This document shows, one piece after another, positions 1-11,497 of a DNA stretch of 64,000 nucleotides. The notes under the pieces are model-generated. The model had not been told where the DNA came from and made no database searches. It saw only the letters and a list, made by a program, of their open reading frames with translations. The DNA lies in the NCBI RefSeq assembly GCF_964213995.1, contig NW_027590205.1, positions 372,001 to 436,000 on the forward strand. Direction: 5' to 3'. The translations under genes were made by a program, and so were the position numbers. This DNA comes from Mustelus asterias (Eukaryota). The number at the start of each line of letters is the position of its first letter. Within the stretch, counting starts at the first letter, position 1.

Positions 1-520
1 TCTTTGTTAGACCACAAAAAGAGTACTGTAAGCAGGCATGGGCAAAAAATCTTTGGAAAGATGTTGGCTCTGGAGGGAGTTCAACGCAAGTTGCGAGGAG
101 AGATCAGACAAATTAAGACTTTTCCTCTCGAATTCAGAAGGTTGAGCGCTGCTCTGATAGAAATCTGTGAAATATTTACAGGGAAGGTAGATAAAGATAA
201 AATGTTTCCACACGTTGAAAGTTCGAGAATAAAGGGCCATAGTTTAAAAAAATAGGGACAGGCCGTTCAGGAGAGTTAATAGAAAGAATTTGTACACGCA
301 GAGAGAGATGGATGTTTGGAACTCTCTTCCGCAGACGCCGGTGGGTGCTGGTTCAATTGTTAGATTGAAGTCTGAGATCGATTTTCTTTTATTGAACAGG
401 GGTATCAACATGGGCCGAGGGAAGGTACATGTATTCGGCCACAGATCAGCCATGAACTTATTGAATGGCGAGGCGAGTTCGAGGAGCTGAATGGCCTACT
501 CCTGCGGCTATGTTCCGATG
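1..520 (+). mobile_element. Degenerate 3' fragment of a CR1 LINE
   Basis: Decayed ALEGVQR..., EMDVWNSLP C-terminal ORF2 motifs, then CR1 3' UTR (gctgaatggcctactcctg...tatgttc). Confidence 0.8.
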
Positions 521-793
521 TTGCCAGATCAGCATCAGATCAAAATAGCTCAATCCATGGTAATGTATTTTTGTTCATTTTGGTTAAAAGGAGGAATGTT
601 GACCAGGGCGCTGTTGGAGACCATGGGACCTTTAATGTTCAGCTCAGCAAACATGGCGTTGGGGAAAGTTTATTTGTTCATCGTTCCATCTGAAAGATAG
701 TTGGTCACACATTCCAGTTATTTATCAGGAGTTTCTGTGTGATGATGAGGTGATTCCTCGGAAGCCAAGATGGAGTGTTAAGTTGAAGGAAAG

Positions 794-851
794 TGTGTGT
801 GTGTGTGTTTGTGTGTGTGTGTGCGCGCGCGTGTGTGTGTGTGTGTGTGTG
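794..851. repeat. (GT)n/(GC)n microsatellite
   Basis: Direct dinucleotide run. Confidence 0.95.
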
Positions 852-1649
852 TTTCTATTTCTGTACGTGTACGTGCGTATGAAAGGGAGACAATTTATGG
901 GACAGAATGAGAACAAGAGAGAATATATGTGTGTGCCTCTGCGTGCCTTGTCGGAAAAATGTCATATTGTTTACAAATCAACGTCACAATGATAACCGGC
1001 ATCCTCCCATTTACAATAGAAGTTAGAAACACAGTAAACACATTCATTTCAGTTTGGTTTCTTTTGCATATGTCAAATTTGTTGATGACTGAGGAGGACA
1101 ACTTTTGAGAGTTTGATTCAACTACAAGTGTTGCCCATGACGCTATCAGTTGTACTTGTACATTGTCGTGTTGTGTGTCATGAATGAGACCGAGGACTTT
1201 TTGGTGGAGAGCCTAGTTCCCCCAAATCTTGCAGTCTCTGCTCTGATGCGAGTGTCGAATGTCTTCTTGCGATTCACGAAAGTATGGTTATGATACGTAT
1301 ATCTTCCAACACAAGCACAACACTGTGCTTCAGGTTAATCCCGCTCTTCAAGCAGATGAGTAACAAAATTGTAATCCTACCAAAGGCCTTTCCCGTGATG
1401 CTATGATTGAGATACAGCTGCAGATGTTGCCGTCTCCTCTGTCGGCCTTGTCTTCGGATAGTGTGATGTTTTTGAATCATGAATCTCCTGTGGAACGGAA
1501 CCTATCTTCTGGCAGAGAAAGAGAAGGTCATAAATGTTCAGAAAGTTGGTGTTTATTTTCACCAATTGCCATCCATTCACAAAGTTGCACAATTTTGTTC
1601 ACAAGTTATCATCCATTCATAAACATTAATGCATTTAAGTTTTAATTCA

Positions 1650-1832
1650 AGGGACATGGGTGTTGCTGGCTAAGTCAGTATTTATTGCCTATACCTAATT
1701 GCCCTTAGTAAGCTGGTGATGAGCTAACTGCTTGAACTGCTGCAGAACCTGTGGTGTAGGTACCCACACTGTGCTGTTCTGGGATTTCAATCCAGCGACA
1801 GTGTAGGAAGGACGATATGTTTACAAGTCAGG
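1650..1832 (-). mobile_element. 3' end fragment of an L2/CR1-group LINE (same family as 29170-29800; related pieces near 32540-33010 and 45400-45810)
   Basis: Reverse complement resembles the cctgacttggaa.tatat.gcc.ttcctt 3' region seen at ~29770 and ~45625. Confidence 0.6.
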
Positions 1833-1835
1833 TAG

Positions 1836-2549
1836 ATGACTCCTAGAAATGAGGCTTGGGTCAATGCCAGGAGGAGGGGTAAGAAGCAATCGGGAAGACA
1901 ATCCCCTGGGGCGGATCCCCTCCATAATAGGTTTTCGGTGCTGGAGGCTACAGTTGAGGAGGAATCAACTGAGCAGAGAGAGCAGATCTCTGGGGGTGAG
2001 CCGAGTGAGAAAGCTCAGGTGGTTAGGGGCTGTAAAAGACTGGGCCTTGTGATTGGGGACTCCACAATTAAGGGGACAGATAGGAGGGTCGGAACTAAAG
2101 GTAGGGACTCAGGGTTGGTGTGTTGCCTACCAGGGGCTGGGGTCCGGGATGTGTCTGACAGGGTATTCAGGACTCTTAGGGGGGAGGGAGATAAACCACA
2201 AGTTATTGTACATGTGGGGACACACGACATAGGGAGGATAGGGGAAGGGGATATTAGGCTGGGATTTATGGAGTTGGGGTGGAAACTAAAGGCCAAGACT
2301 GACAGAGTGGTTATCTCTGGACTCTTGCCTGTACCACGGGATAGTTTAGAGAGGAATAGGGAGAGGGAAGGTTTGAATTCATGGCTGAGGGGATGGTGCA
2401 GGAGGGAGGGGTTCAGGTACTTAAGCAATTGGGGCTCGTACTGGGGAAGGTGTGACCTCTATGAGAAGGATGGTCTACACCTTAATCAGAAGGGGACCAA
2501 TATCCTGGGGGGTAAATTTGCTAAGGCCATGCAGGGAGGTTTAAACTGA
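1836..2549 (+). CDS. CR1 ORF1, SGNH/GDSL esterase-like domain (partial)
   Basis: VIGDS, LPGAGV, HVGTHD and DGLHL blocks typical of CR1 ORF1 esterase. Confidence 0.85.
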   Translation: MTPRNEAWVNARRRGKKQSGRQSPGADPLHNRFSVLEATVEEESTEQREQISGGEPSEKAQVVRGCKRLGLVIGDSTIKGTDRRVGTKGRDSGLVCCLPGAGVRDVSDRVFRTLRGEGDKPQVIVHVGTHDIGRIGEGDIRLGFMELGWKLKAKTDRVVISGLLPVPRDSLERNREREGLNSWLRGWCRREGFRYLSNWGSYWGRCDLYEKDGLHLNQKGTNILGGKFAKAMQGGLN

Positions 2550-2599
2550 TTCGGGGGGGGGGAGGGATCCTGAGTAGTGGGGCTGAAAGTGAGGGATGC

Positions 2600-5418
2600 A
2601 TGGATGGGGACTGCAATGCACGGCATTGCAGAGGTGGGGTGGAGCAGGGTTTGAAATGTGTATACTTCAATGCCAGGAGTATTCGCAATAAAGTGGGTGA
2701 ACTTGCAGCGTGGATCAGTACCTGGGACTTCGATGTTGTGGCTATTTCAGAGACATGGATAGAGCAGGGGCAGGAATGGATGCTGCAGGTCCCGGGGTTC
2801 AAATGTTTTAGTCGAAGTAGGGAAGGAGGTAGAAGAGGGGGAGGGGTAGCATTATTGATCAGAGATTGTATCACAGTGTCAGAGAGGAGGTTTGATGAGG
2901 ACTTATCTGTTGAGGTAGTATGGGCGGAGATTAGAAATAGGAGAGGAGAGGTCACCCTGTTGGGAGTCTTTTATAGACCTCCTAAAAGTTCTAGAGAGGT
3001 TGAGGGAAGGATTGCGGAGTCAATCCTGCTTGGAGTGAAAGTAATAGGGCAATTGTTATGGGGGATTTTAACTTGACTAATATTGACTGGAATTGTTATA
3101 GCTCTAGCTCGTTAGAGGGGTCAGTTTTTGTTCAAAGCGTGCAGGAAGGTTTTTTGACTCAGTATGTAGACAGGCCAACTAGAGGTGAGGCTATATTGGA
3201 TCTGGTGCTGGGAAATGAGCCAGACCAGGTGCTAGACTTGGAAGTTGGTGTGCATTTTGGTGATAGTGACCACAATTCGGTTACGTTCACCTTAGTGATG
3301 GAAAGGGATAGGCATGAACCTCGGGCCAGTGGTTTTAGCTGGGGGAAGGGTAATTATGAGGCTATTAGGAGAGAATTAGGAAACATAGGTTGGACTAGGA
3401 GATTACAGGGACTGGGAACGTCCGACATGTGGAGTTTTTTCAAGGAGCAGCTACTGCGAGTCTGTGATAGGTATGTCCCTGTCAGGCAAGGAGGAATTGG
3501 TAGGGCTAGGGAACCGTGGTGCACCAAAAAAGTTTCTTTGTTGGTTAAAAAGAAAAAGGAGGCTTATGTTCGGATGAGACGTGAGCACTCGGGTAGTGCA
3601 CTAGAAAGCTTTAGATTGGCTAAGAGGGAGTTGAAGAGCGAGCTTAGAAGGGCTAAAAGGGGACATGAGAAGACTTTGGCGGATAGGGTTAAAGAGAATC
3701 CTAAGGCGTTCTATAGGTATGTCAAGAACAGAAGGTTGGTTAGGGCAAGTTTAGGGCCAGTTATAGATGGCAGAGGGAAGTTATGTGTGGAACCGGAGGA
3801 GATTGGTGAAGCATTGAACCAATATTTCTCTTCGGTGTTCACGCAAGGGGACATGAATATAGCTGAGGAGGACACTGGGTTGCAGGGGAGTAGAATAGAC
3901 AGTATTACAGTTGATAAGGAGGATGTGCAGGATATTCTGGAGGGTCTGAAAATAGATAAATCCCCTGGTCCGGATGGGATTTATCCAAGGATTCTCTGGG
4001 AGGCAAGAGAAGTGATTGCAGAGCCTCTGGCTCTGATCTTCAGGTCGTCGTTGGCCTCTGGTATAGTACCAGAAGATTGGAGGTTAGCGAATGTTGTCCC
4101 ATTGTTTAAGAAGGGGAACAGAGACTTCCCCGGGAATTATAGACCGGTGAGTCTCACTTCTGTTGTCGGCAAGATGTTGGAAAAAATTATAAGGGATAGG
4201 ATTTATAGTTATTTGGAGAGTAATGAATTGATAGGTGATAGTCAGCATGGTTTTGTGGCAGGTAGGTCGTGCCTTACTAACCTTATTGAGTTTTTTGAGA
4301 AAGTGACCAAGGAGGTGGATGGGGGCAAGGCAGTGGACGTGGTATATATGGATTTTAGTAAGGCGTTTGATAAGGTTCACCATGGTAGGCTTCTGCAGAA
4401 AATGCAGATGTATGGGATTGGGGGTGATCTAGGAAATTGGATCAGGAATTGGCTAGCGGATAGGAAACAGAGGGTGGTGGTTGATAGTAAATATTCATCA
4501 TGGAGTGCGGTTACAAGTGGTGTACCTCAGGGATCTGTTTTGGGGCCACTGCTGTTTGTAATATTTATTAATGATCTGGATGAGGGTATAGTTGGGTGGA
4601 TTAGCAAATTTGCTGATGACACCAAAGTCGGTGGTGTGGTAGACAGTGAGGAAGGGTGTCGTAGTTTGCAGGAAGACTTAGACAGGTTGCAAAGTTGGGC
4701 CGAGAGGTGGCGGATGGAGTTTAATGCGGAGAAGTGTGAGGTAATTCACTTTGGTAGGAATAACAGATGTGTTGAGTATAGGGCTAACGGGAGGACTTTG
4801 AATAGTGTGGAGGAGCAGAGGGATCTAGGTGTATGTGTGCATAGATCCCTGAAAGTTGGGAATCAAGTAGATAAGGTTGTTAAGAAGGCATATGGTGTCT
4901 TGGCGTTTATTGGTAGGGGGATTGAATTTAGGAGTCGTAGCGTTATGTTGCAACTGTACACAACTCTGGTGCGGCCGCACTTGGAGTACTGTGTGCAGTT
5001 CTGGTCCCCACATTACAGGAAGGATGTGGAGGCTTTGGAGAGGGTGCAGAGGAGGTTTACCAGGATGTTGCCTGGTATGGAGGGGAGATCCTATGAGGAG
5101 AGGCTGAGGGATTTGGGATTGTTTTCGCTGGAAAGGCGGCGGCTAAGAGGGGATCTTATTGAAACATATAAGATGATTAGAGGTTTAGATAGGGTGGATA
5201 GTGATAGCCTTTTTCCTCTGATGGAGAAATCCAGCACGAGGGGGCATGGCTTTAAATTGAGGGGGGGTAGTTATAGAACCGATGTCAGGGGTAGGTTCTT
5301 TACCCAGAGGGTGGTGAGGGATTGGAATGCCCTGCCAGCATCAGTTGTAAATGCGCCTAGTTTGGGGGCGTTTAAGAGATCCGTAGATAGGTTCATGGAC
5401 GAAAAGAAATTGGTTTAG
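2600..5418 (+). pseudogene. CR1 ORF2 (APE endonuclease + reverse transcriptase) with one frameshift near 3030-3060
   Basis: NARS, ISETW, YRPP in 2600-3076; GDFN, SDH, PGPDG, NYRPVSL, DFSKAFD, GVPQGSVLGP, FADD in the 786-aa ORF 3058-5418. Confidence 0.93.
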
Positions 5419-5535
5419 GTTGGAGGGTCACAGTTTTTTTTTAACTGGTCGGTGCAACATCGTGGGCCGAAGGGCCTGTTCTGCGCTGTAATGTTCTATG
5501 TTCTATACAGCTTCTATCAGCACGATTTTGTTTTC

Positions 5536-5608
5536 AGGCTCCAGTGAGACTTGAACTCTCGACCCCTAGTTTACAAAGCCAGTGCTTAAACCACTGAGCC
5601 ATGGAGCC
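5536..5608 (-). tRNA. tRNA-Thr(TGT), mutated; probable pseudogene
   Basis: Reverse complement GGCTCCATGGCTCAGTGGTTTAAGCACTGGCTTTGTAAACTAGGGGTCGAGAGTTCAAGTCTCACTGGAGCCT matches vertebrate Thr-TGT; mismatches in the D and anticodon stems. Confidence 0.8.
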
Positions 5609-6119
5609 AAATGCTGCTATTACTTTACTTTACATAATATGCTGCTTCATTTATTATTACATGACGACAATGCTACAAATCATTATTTCTGAGTTTTTGT
5701 TCAGTCAAGAGGCGATTTCAGTTACACTCGGCTCCATCTCAGATATTATTGCGCTAGGCTCTATGTCGTGCACTACTGAACCATCTGTGCCTCACTTTGC
5801 CTTATATTTGGTCCTAATAATAAAGCAGACACTGTCTCAGCAATTGGTTTTCTATAAAATGCGTCTGACAGATGGAAAGAAAGAAGGGGCGAGCGAGAAA
5901 AGATGGATATTAGCTTAAAAAACGTAATATATTTCTGTCGATGAAAGGGGTTCGAAGAATGCGTTTCGTCTTGTTAATAACTATTAGGTGCTGCGTGTAA
6001 TATTTAATTGCTCTCGTATTGTCTACAATATTTTATTGAAAGCTTGGGATGAAACTTGTAACATCCTCTTGTTCAGAAGAGATTGAGGAACATAATAAAC
6101 GTACGCCACGTTGCACAGC

Positions 6120-6305
6120 AAATGGACACGAAAGGGCGATTCAGCATGGCCACTCCAACTAACCTGTACATCTTTAGACTGTAGGAGGAAAGCAGTAAAC
6201 CTGGAGGAAACCCACGCACACACGGGGTGAATGTGCAAACACCACACAAGGCCGAAATGGAACCTGTGCCCGTAACAGTGTGAGGTACCAGTGCTAACCA
6301 CTGTC
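6120..6305 (-). mobile_element. HE1-type SINE fragment
   Basis: ggaggaaacccacgca...tgcaaac...gtgctaaccact core shared with the other copies. Confidence 0.8.
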
Positions 6306-9300
6306 TAAATAATTGCTATTACCATTAAACATGATATGGTAATTTATTCAGTATTCACTTGCACATTCTATGCCTCAGTCAATACCTAAAGTTAATGAAT
6401 TGCCCTGGACGCTCTTGAATGTGATGCACAGCTGGCCATTTCGCTGCCAACGCAATGCATCTTTCAAATGACTCACTGAATTTCTCTCCTCTCTTTCTCT
6501 GTCTCAGACTGCACCTAAATCAGATAACCTATCTTCTCTCTCTCAGTCTCCATTAACTCACTTACACAGGTATCCAGGAGACGGATCTAGCTACGAGCTA
6601 AAAAAAATATTTTTGTTGTTGTTTAAGGCACCTTGTGTCTGAAAAGATAAAGTACAAAAATCTCATCAGCGGAAAATTCAGTGTCGGAAACAAACCAGTT
6701 CACTCACTTAACCTCTCTCCTCGATTTCTCTCACACAACACCTAACACACTTAAACTTTCTTATATGGAATACCTCTGCGGGGAAAAAAATGTTGCTTTA
6801 ATTTTCCCTCTTTTCTCAGTGACAGCCTTCGGTCCATCTTCACTTCAATTAATCTATTTAAACCCCTAATATGATCATTTTCTTGATTCATTAAACTGGG
6901 AATAGACGTGAATGTAATACTGAGACTGGCAGCAATCTGTGTGGTTGTTCTTGATGCTGTCATAGTGAGTTCACCCTCACAGTCAGGAAGAATGTTTACG
7001 GTGATAACATCAAACTGGCCTCGGTTGTTTCATTCTCAGGTAACACAACTTCCTGTTTCTTGCTGCCGGTTCCAAACCGCACATCTCACTTCTGAGCAGA
7101 AAATAAATCCATGGACCACAATCTGGTGAGAACATCTGTCAGTGCGGCCTATATCTATCCACAGAGTCAGGGCAGAGTCACACAGATCACATTGCGGTGA
7201 CATTTACAAATGAGCCTGGTGTAATCTGCTTAGAGTTTCCATTCCCGGACATAACTCGATGGTCAGTGGATTAGCCACTGAGCTCCCCCGAGTTCCGTGA
7301 AGGAAGGGAATGATAGCTGTTATCTTGCATTGTTTGATCATTTTCTCTCCATCTGCTTTTTATTTTTTGTTCCTTATCTGTCAGCACCCCGTTTTTCTTT
7401 CTGCTAACTCTCCCGGTGTCTCTGTCTATCTCCTATCTTTTGAAAACTTTTATTAGTGTTCATAATCATGAAGTTGTGAGTGGGGTAATTAAAGAGAGAA
7501 TGTTTCAACTGGGAGGACGGTCAGCAACCAATGGGCTCAAATTTATTTTATTGAGCAGGGAGACAGAAATATAATTGTTTATTTTTACACAAACGTTGTT
7601 ATAAACTGGAATAAAGAGCTTGAAAGGGTGATCGAATCAGATTTCACAGTAACTTTAGAAAATAAATAAGATATATCCTTCATGGGGTTAAAATTTGAAG
7701 GGTTTTCAAGAATGGGACCAGTTTAATGGTTCATCTATATAATTGTCCTCGCATCCTTTTTGTGTCTCTCCCTGCCCTTCATTGAGACTCAATAGAATGC
7801 AATATTTATACAGCTGTCGTCTTGTGATAAGATAAGAGTATCACTTTGAACAAATTAGCATTGGATCGATTGTTTAGGAAAAGCACAATTGCCCTTAATA
7901 TTTATTGCACTGTTCCTTTTTCCTCCGATGAAGTTTTCATATTTAGACTTTTCAGTCATCATATGTCCTAATTCTGTCTGTAAATGTGGAACTGTTTGTA
8001 GGAAAGAGAAGAAACAGATTATTTTCTGTTCCTCTGACAGATTCACCATTGTTACCTCAGATAACAGAAATTTATGGACCCGCCACGATTGTCCCCCTTG
8101 GGAATAACAGCTCTTCGTCAGGTAGAGTCAGTCACTCCTGCGGTCGTCATCGTGTTTTCAATCCGTGTTTGCCACACAAATCCCTACGAGACTCGTCATG
8201 ACAAAGAATCCTGCGCTAAGGCCCTAGAAATGATTGCTTGCTTATATCAGTTCCCAGTCCGACTCCGGGCCCAGCTGTCTCTGTTAGTGATACACTGGAG
8301 CCGGTCATTCAAATTATAATATTCTAATTCTCCATGATTATTTCTGGAAACCGTTAGCCAATCAGTTGTGAATTAGAACCTATATCTGATTTTGTTTCAT
8401 TTGACACCTGCCGTTTATCATTGGACAAATTACTTTTTTCGAGAATGATCACACGCACAAAAATGTTTATTTAAATGTCATATCATGTTCTGTCTCTCTT
8501 ATTCTATATATCCCATACATTGGTTTACATGATTCTCCCCCGGTCAGATTATGTCATCATTGCGCTAGCATATCTGTCTATATTAGATTAGATTCTGTCT
8601 CTGTTGTTCCTGAATAGTTTTTAATCATTTCTGGGATTTGGGCATCACTGGCATCTGTTGCCCTTCCCTAATTGCCCCTGACAAAGTGGTGATGAGCTGC
8701 CATCTTGAACCACTGCGATCCATGTTCAGCAGCCCGTATCACTGTTTATACCACACAAGGTCTGAACACCCTTATGATACACCTGATCTTGATTAATCGT
8801 ATTACCGACATTGTACAACCTATACACAGTAGAAAATATTTAGGTTGGTTACCATGGAATTGGTGAAGGTAACGGTTACACAGAAATATTGCTCCTTCTC
8901 TGGAGAGCAGCAGATGTTTCCATCCTTTGCATCAATAGGAATAAGAGGACTGAGAATTAAAGTTATAATTATCTCCTGTCGGCTATATATCCAGCTTCAT
9001 TTTCGGCATCATTTTCACAAATCAGAACATATTTGAGTCTGATATCAGGAATTTCAGTGAGAAACTGAGAAGGTCATTTTCTTAAAATCTCTTCGCCATT
9101 TGACATGTGAGTTATTCATTTTCCAACTGATCTCTAAAGACAAATAAGTCAACGCTGGGAAAATAGTCAGTCTGAAATCATTTTGTAAACAAGAGCACAG
9201 AACAGAATGGTTGACAATAGATAATTACAGTATTACCTATTCTTCAATTGAAATGCATGAACTGTTTAGGGTTTTCATACACTCACGGAAGGCGGAAATG

Positions 9301-9439
9301 GATTGAAGGTTATCACTGGAAAATTGAAGGGGATTTGCTAAATGAAAGTTTATTTCTCCAAATGGGGTTAATACAAAATAGATTAATTTAAATAAATTAG
9401 CAGACAAATATTTAAGGAGGAAAATTATGTGTTATTTCT

Positions 9440-9655
9440 TAGACATAGAGCCATATGATCCCTATTGTGCACAAAAAGGTCATTTGGCCTATCGAGTCTG
9501 CATCCCATCCAGGTCATTCGGCCCAAATTTCCTTCTACCCTATCCCATTCTACCCTATCCCCGATGGCTCTGCACATTTACGATGGCTCATCCACGTTAC
9601 CTACACATCCTTGGACACGAAGGGGCAATTTCGCATGGCCAATCCATCTAACATG
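9440..9655 (-). mobile_element. HE1-type SINE 3' fragment
   Basis: ggggcaattt.gcatggccaatcca core and ggcc...tcgagtctgca tail. Confidence 0.7.
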
Positions 9656-9689
9656 GTATGATTAAATAAAAATTGGGGGTAGGCGTTTG

Positions 9690-11030
9690 TTCAGTAATAC
9701 AGAGACAGGGCCGAGTGCAACAATTATTTATACAGTACCTGCACTAGTATGAATGGAGGCTGAGTTCAGTTCAATAATTCTTGAGAGAAGGTCTAGTGTA
9801 TTAGTAACTAGCGTCGTACTTTCTAATATAAACAGAGACATGCAGCTGTAACAAAGAAAGATTTATTCTAATATCAGCGGAGACAATGTGCACAATAATT
9901 TCAACTGAGACAGGTTCTAGTGTAATGTAAACTCATATAGGTGCTATCAGAATATAGGGACATGATCTAGCGTGATATAAACAGAGATGTAGCCCAGTGG
10001 AATAAAAAGTGAGGCAATGCAGAGTAAAGTAATAATTGAGAGAGGATGATGTGCAAAATGAACAGCAGTATGGTTTAGCGCATAATAAAGGAGAGAACAT
10101 CAAACGTAATAAAACTGACACCGGGCCGAGAATAATTTCGTCTGATTCTGGGCATTGTATAATATAAAATGAGACAAAGCCTGACACAGTAATGTCAGAC
10201 CAAGGCCTTAGATTGATATAATCTTTGACGCGGCAAGTGCATCAATGAATGAAAAGTGTAATAAAACAATAATTACAGAGACAGGATGCTGTTCGCTATA
10301 AACATGGAGGTAGACTGGTGCAGGAGTGATTGAGATATTGTTGCTGCTTTTATATACGTGGCAGGTTCCAGCAATCATAGAAATCCTACAGTACAGAAAG
10401 AGGCCATTCGGCCCATCGAGTCTGCACCGACCGCAATCCCACCCAGGCCCTACCCCCATATCACTCCATATTTTATCCGCTAACCTACACATCCCAGGAC
10501 ACTAAGGGGCAATTTTAGCATGGCCAATCAACCTCACATCTTTGGACTGCGGGAGCAAACCGGAGCACCCGGTGTAAACCCACGCAGACACGAGGAGAAT
10601 GTGCAAACTCCACACAGACAGTGACCCAAGCCGGGAATCGAACCACGTCCCTGGAGCTGTGAAGCAGCAGTGCTAACCACTGTGCTACCGTGCAATAACT
10701 GAGACCGAGCCTCGTGTAATAAAAACAGTAACGTGTTCTGGTGCAGTATCAGAAGAGAGAGGGTCAAGTGACGTAACAACAGAGACATGGAGAATCATGA
10801 CATTAGCCGAGAATTAATTCCGTGCTGCCGTAACTGCCAGAATGCACGGTGCAATATCAACTCAGGCTTTGATCAGTATAATAACAACTGGGATTTTGAT
10901 GAGTACGGAATCAACTCAGAATTATTGTCATATTATCAGAAATAGGATTTCTTGTCATATAAACTGGCTCTAGTTTACGATGGGCAAAGCCTGAGTCCAT
11001 GGCAGCAATAATTGAGACAATCTCAGTTTT
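9690..11030. repeat. Highly diverged ~28-30 bp minisatellite (consensus approximately aataactgagacagg.ctagtgcaat), interrupted by a SINE
   Basis: Recurring a(c/t)(t/a)gagaca motif with semi-regular spacing (e.g. ~9700, 9830, 9903, 10170, 10275, 10697, 11010). Confidence 0.55.
10375..10692 (-). mobile_element. Full-length HE1-type SINE
   Basis: tRNA-like head (cacggtagcacagtggttagcactgctgcttcacagctcc...ggttcgattccc), body and CR1-like tail. Confidence 0.92.
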
Positions 11031-11229
11031 GTGTCATGCCAAAAATCACGGTTTCACTGCCATCTCCTGGACAACCTTTGCTATTGCAGATGTTGTGAAA
11101 TGCTGATTTTAGTTGCTGTTTCTTATTTTTTCATTATCTGTAAACCCAGCTGGAGAGGCCAGCAATTGTAGGTAATCGCTAATACTCTGAATTTATTGGT
11201 TTTCTAAAACATGACAGCAGGCAGTTAGC

Positions 11230-11490
11230 GCCAACCACTTGGAGGCCTGGAGTTACGTATGGGCCAAGCTGGGGAAGGATGGAAGGTTTCCTTTTCCAGA
11301 GGGCATTAGCAATCTAACGTGTTTTTTTGTAATAGCAGCAATTAAGGAAACAAACTTTAAATTCAAAATTTTAATTGCATTCTAAATCCCACGTACTGTT
11401 GTAGTTGTCTTTGAATATATACCTTGAGAAAATTGCCTCCCCTCCTAATTACTAGCCCAGTGATATTACCACTATGCCACTGCCTCCCCT
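11230..11490 (-). mobile_element. Second tRNA-headed SINE-like family (also + strand at ~36617-36900)
   Basis: Reverse complement resembles 36617-36900 (gaggtgatggcc.ag.ggtattat...gaaatctgccgtccttacctgg). Confidence 0.5.
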
Positions 11491-11497
11491 TTCAAAT

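Larger units (their letters stand above)
1836..5506 (+). mobile_element. Near-full-length CR1 (HER1-like) LINE, 5'-truncated in ORF1
   Basis: ORF1 esterase, ORF2 APE endonuclease plus RT, 3' UTR with gggccgaagggcctgtt stem-loop and (ttctatg)n tail. Confidence 0.95.

Noticed and set aside
1286-1327. J-type RSS (CACTGTG at 1321)
   Set aside because: No nonamer at 12 or 23 bp and no FGxG coding segment downstream.
6965-7095. SEFTLTV as an Ig V-domain strand
   Set aside because: No Cys, Trp or DxxxYxC framework around it.
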